Assembly (NCBI GenBank): GCA_964501355.1
Contig: CAZCSM010000004.1
Location: 3,340-67,339, forward strand
Origin: an uncultured Candidatus Saccharibacteria bacterium
GTDB taxonomy: Bacteria > Patescibacteriota > Dojkabacteria > CAZCSM01
Reading direction: 5' to 3'
Length of the DNA stretch: 64,000 nucleotides
This document shows positions 61,509 to 64,000 of this stretch, one piece after another; positions within the stretch are counted from its first letter, which is position 1; each line of letters opens with the position of its first letter. Below the pieces are notes generated by a model. It had not been told where the DNA came from, did not search any database, and worked only from the letters and a program-made list of their open reading frames with translations. The position numbers and the translations under genes were made by a program.

Positions 61509-61883
61509 TTATTTTGTTAAAGCATCAATTAAATCGTCTTTTGTGATCCTGAGCGTAACAGTCTTTTTTCCCTTCCTAAATTCTCTTTTGTATAAAACTT
61601 CCTGAAAATCTTTTTGAAGTTTCTCAACCTCTTCTTCGTTAAGTTTTTTTCCAAGTTCTAAAGATCTCTCAATTGCACCTATCCTCGTAGCCTTATTAAA
61701 GCAATCCATACTTTCACAAAGATTTGCTCCACGTCCCCGAATCTTTCCTGACTCATCAATTACCGCGGTACCGTCTTCCATTCGAACGACACGAACCATG
61801 TCCCCCTTTGCCGCCTTATTTCTGCATGCTATACAAGTTCGTTCAGGAACCTTTTTTTCTTTTACACCTTTTTTCTTTGCCAT
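61509..61883 (-). CDS. ylxR: YlxR/RnpM-family RNA-binding protein
   Basis: PERTCIACR...GRGANLC; nusA-infB operon; start probably at MAKKK. Confidence 0.88.
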   Translation of the reverse strand: MAKKKGVKEKKVPERTCIACRNKAAKGDMVRVVRMEDGTAVIDESGKIRGRGANLCESMDCFNKATRIGAIERSLELGKKLNEEEVEKLQKDFQEVLYKREFRKGKKTVTLRITKDDLIDALTK

Positions 61884-61934
61884 TGTTAAACTCAAACTCA
61901 AACAAAACTTACTTCTGATTATATGAACAACGTT

Positions 61935-62519
61935 TTACAATTTGGTTGCTATCTTCTTTGTAATTTTTGATGCTTCAATTTGTCCAGGAGACATCTTTAT
62001 TCTTTCTCTATAGAACTTAGCGGTCATTAATTCTTTGTAATCGGAAATTTTTTCAGTAAACTCAATTCCTGACAAGTGATCATATTCATGCTGAATTACC
62101 CTTGCTAAAATTCCATCACAAGTAAGCCTAAACTTTTTTCCACTTTTATCAAAAGCCTCTATCGTTATTTCTCTTGGTCGTTTAACTGGTCCGAACAAAT
62201 TACCTTTTAACACACTTCCACAACCTTCATATACTACACTTATCTCACTTGAAGATTTAATTATTGTTGGATTAATGTAAATACGTAGTTCATCGGCTTG
62301 ATTTGCAGGTCTTGATGCAGTTTCTCTCGGCTCAGTTACAAATATTTTCCAATTCGCACCTATTTGTTGAGCAGCCATACCAATCAATTCATTTTTATAC
62401 ATGGTATCAATCAAGTCTTGAATAACTTGTTTGACAACTGGACTACTAAAATCATTTACAACCTTGTTTTCGACTTTTAATCTCGGATCACCAATTTGAA
62501 TTGTTCGTTTTACAGCCAC
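61935..62519 (-). CDS. def: Peptide deformylase
   Basis: GMAAQQIG, EGCGS, QHEYDHL. Confidence 0.9.
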   Translation of the reverse strand: MAVKRTIQIGDPRLKVENKVVNDFSSPVVKQVIQDLIDTMYKNELIGMAAQQIGANWKIFVTEPRETASRPANQADELRIYINPTIIKSSSEISVVYEGCGSVLKGNLFGPVKRPREITIEAFDKSGKKFRLTCDGILARVIQHEYDHLSGIEFTEKISDYKELMTAKFYRERIKMSPGQIEASKITKKIATKL

Positions 62520-62636
62520 ACTCTACATCATCTAAATTATATTTCAAACGATTTTTAACTACGTTTCAACAATGTTTGAACGATGTTTTAACAATTTCTA
62601 CGTTTAACAATGTTTGAACGACGTTTTCTCTACTTT

Positions 62637-63926
62637 TTATCTACTTTTTAACGATGTAATTATCTTCTCTGCAGCCTTCTCTCCAACACCCTTCAATTCC
62701 ATCAATTCCTCTTTGTTCATTTTCTTCAAGTCGTCGACTGATTTACCTGCGTCTTTGATTGATTTAACAACCCTAGCCGTCAATCCGAGTAATTCTAGTT
62801 TATCCTTTGATTCTTTAACAGATTCCTTTGTAGAAACTTCTTCCTCAACATCCTTGGAAACAACCTCTGCTGCTGCACTTCCAATAATCTTTCCTTCTGG
62901 ACCAGAGATATCAATCTTCCAACCTGTGAGTTTTGCTGCCAATCGTACATTCTGACCTTCTTTTCCAATTGCTAATGACAATTGATCCTCAGGAACCTTT
63001 ACAACAGCAGTCTTTGATTTCTCATCTATCTTTACGTCAAGGACTTCAGCTGGAGACAAAGCATTTGCAATAAAGTTTGCGATGTTCTCATCCCAAAGGA
63101 TAATATCAATCTTTTCTCCACCCAATTCATCAGTAACTGCATTAATTCGAATTCCTCTCTGACCGACACATGAACCGATTGGATCTACACCTTCCTGTGT
63201 TGACCAAACAGCAACCTTGCTTCTTGAACCGGATTCTCTTGCGACAGATTTAATTTTAACAGTACCCGTTGAAATTTCAGGAACTTCGAGTTCGAATAAA
63301 CCAGCTAAGAATTCAGGGCATGCTCTAGAAACAACCATTTGTTGATTTCCAGCAACTTCTTTTGCTTTCTTCAAGTAGAATTTCTTTCGTGTACCAGCCT
63401 TGTAGAATTCGCCAACAATTTGCTCTTCAGGAGGCATAGTTACTGTAATTCTATCAACTTCAATAATTACACTTCTTCCGCTCATTCTCTGGATCGTACC
63501 CGTTTGGATTGTGTCTTCTTTCTCTTTGAACTTGTTAACGAGGACGTCTCTCTCAGCCTCCCGAACCTTTTGCATAATAACCTGTCTTGCAACCTGTGCT
63601 GCTAGACGACCAAATCCTTCTTCAGGAGTTACATCAACTTCAACATGATCACCTTTCTTTAGTCTTGGTTCAAGTTCTTTTGCAACATCAATGTTAATCT
63701 GTGTCTTGTCATCAGTAACTTCATCAACAACTTTTTTATCAGCAATCATTCGGATTTCTCCTGTTTCTCTGTTAAGTTCTGTATAGATTGTTTCTCCTTC
63801 GCCGTAGTACTTTTTGTAAATTGTAAGCATTGCCTGCTCGATAGCAACGAATACTTCTTCTGCATTAATGCCTCTTTCCGAAGCCAATTGCTGAACAGCT
63901 GCCATAAATTCTGAGTGAGTTGTCAT
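62637..63926 (-). CDS. nusA: Transcription termination factor NusA
   Basis: FGRLAAQVARQ, DPIGSCVGQRG, LAIGKEGQNVRLAAKLTG, C-terminal HhH. Confidence 0.98.
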   Translation of the reverse strand: MTTHSEFMAAVQQLASERGINAEEVFVAIEQAMLTIYKKYYGEGETIYTELNRETGEIRMIADKKVVDEVTDDKTQINIDVAKELEPRLKKGDHVEVDVTPEEGFGRLAAQVARQVIMQKVREAERDVLVNKFKEKEDTIQTGTIQRMSGRSVIIEVDRITVTMPPEEQIVGEFYKAGTRKKFYLKKAKEVAGNQQMVVSRACPEFLAGLFELEVPEISTGTVKIKSVARESGSRSKVAVWSTQEGVDPIGSCVGQRGIRINAVTDELGGEKIDIILWDENIANFIANALSPAEVLDVKIDEKSKTAVVKVPEDQLSLAIGKEGQNVRLAAKLTGWKIDISGPEGKIIGSAAAEVVSKDVEEEVSTKESVKESKDKLELLGLTARVVKSIKDAGKSVDDLKKMNKEELMELKGVGEKAAEKIITSLKSR

Positions 63927-63956
63927 TTTTTCTATAATTTAAATATTAATTTCACA

Positions 63957-63991
63957 TGTCATTCCGCACAGCGTAGCGTGATGCGGAATCT
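63957..63991. repeat. TGTCAT...AATCT REP-like unit (window edge)
   Basis: TGTCATTCCGCAC...GATGCGGAATCT, related to the 47874-48520 family. Confidence 0.55.
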
Positions 63992-64000
63992 CGGACTATG

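Overview
An AT-rich bacterial chromosome segment whose gene content (VirB2-like pilin cluster, baseplate-J-like/FtsA pair, VirD4-like ATPase, short IF2, AAA-only Lon) points to a Patescibacteria/CPR genome; the taxon is inferred, not proven. The backbone carries polA, ftsH, two tRNA-Met(CAU), a Xer-type recombinase, smpB, an Mre11/Rad50-like pair, hsp20 and groESL with CIRCE sites, ftsA, rnj, pnp, rpsO, infB, def and nusA. A ~13.6 kb island (12157-25732), bounded by a 14-bp direct repeat, is inserted at the 3' end of a rare tRNA-Ile(UAU). It encodes a type I R-M system with inserted cargo, an ImmR/ImmA-like pair, a rolling-circle-type Rep and a large serine recombinase. The main finding is that the att site lies inside the recombinase ORF. 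The integrated form ends ...GGPSEI*, whereas the excised circle would fuse in frame a 40-codon tail from the far end of the island that ends in an ssrA-like degron (...TTNNSLLAA*). Other leads are a promoter-hairpin-terminator sRNA converging on a NYN RNase gene, a GIY-YIG gene nested in the loop of REP-like palindromes, and a nucleotide-salvage locus flanked by two NDT-like/RHH fusion regulators. All calls come from reading motifs by eye; no searches or computations were run.
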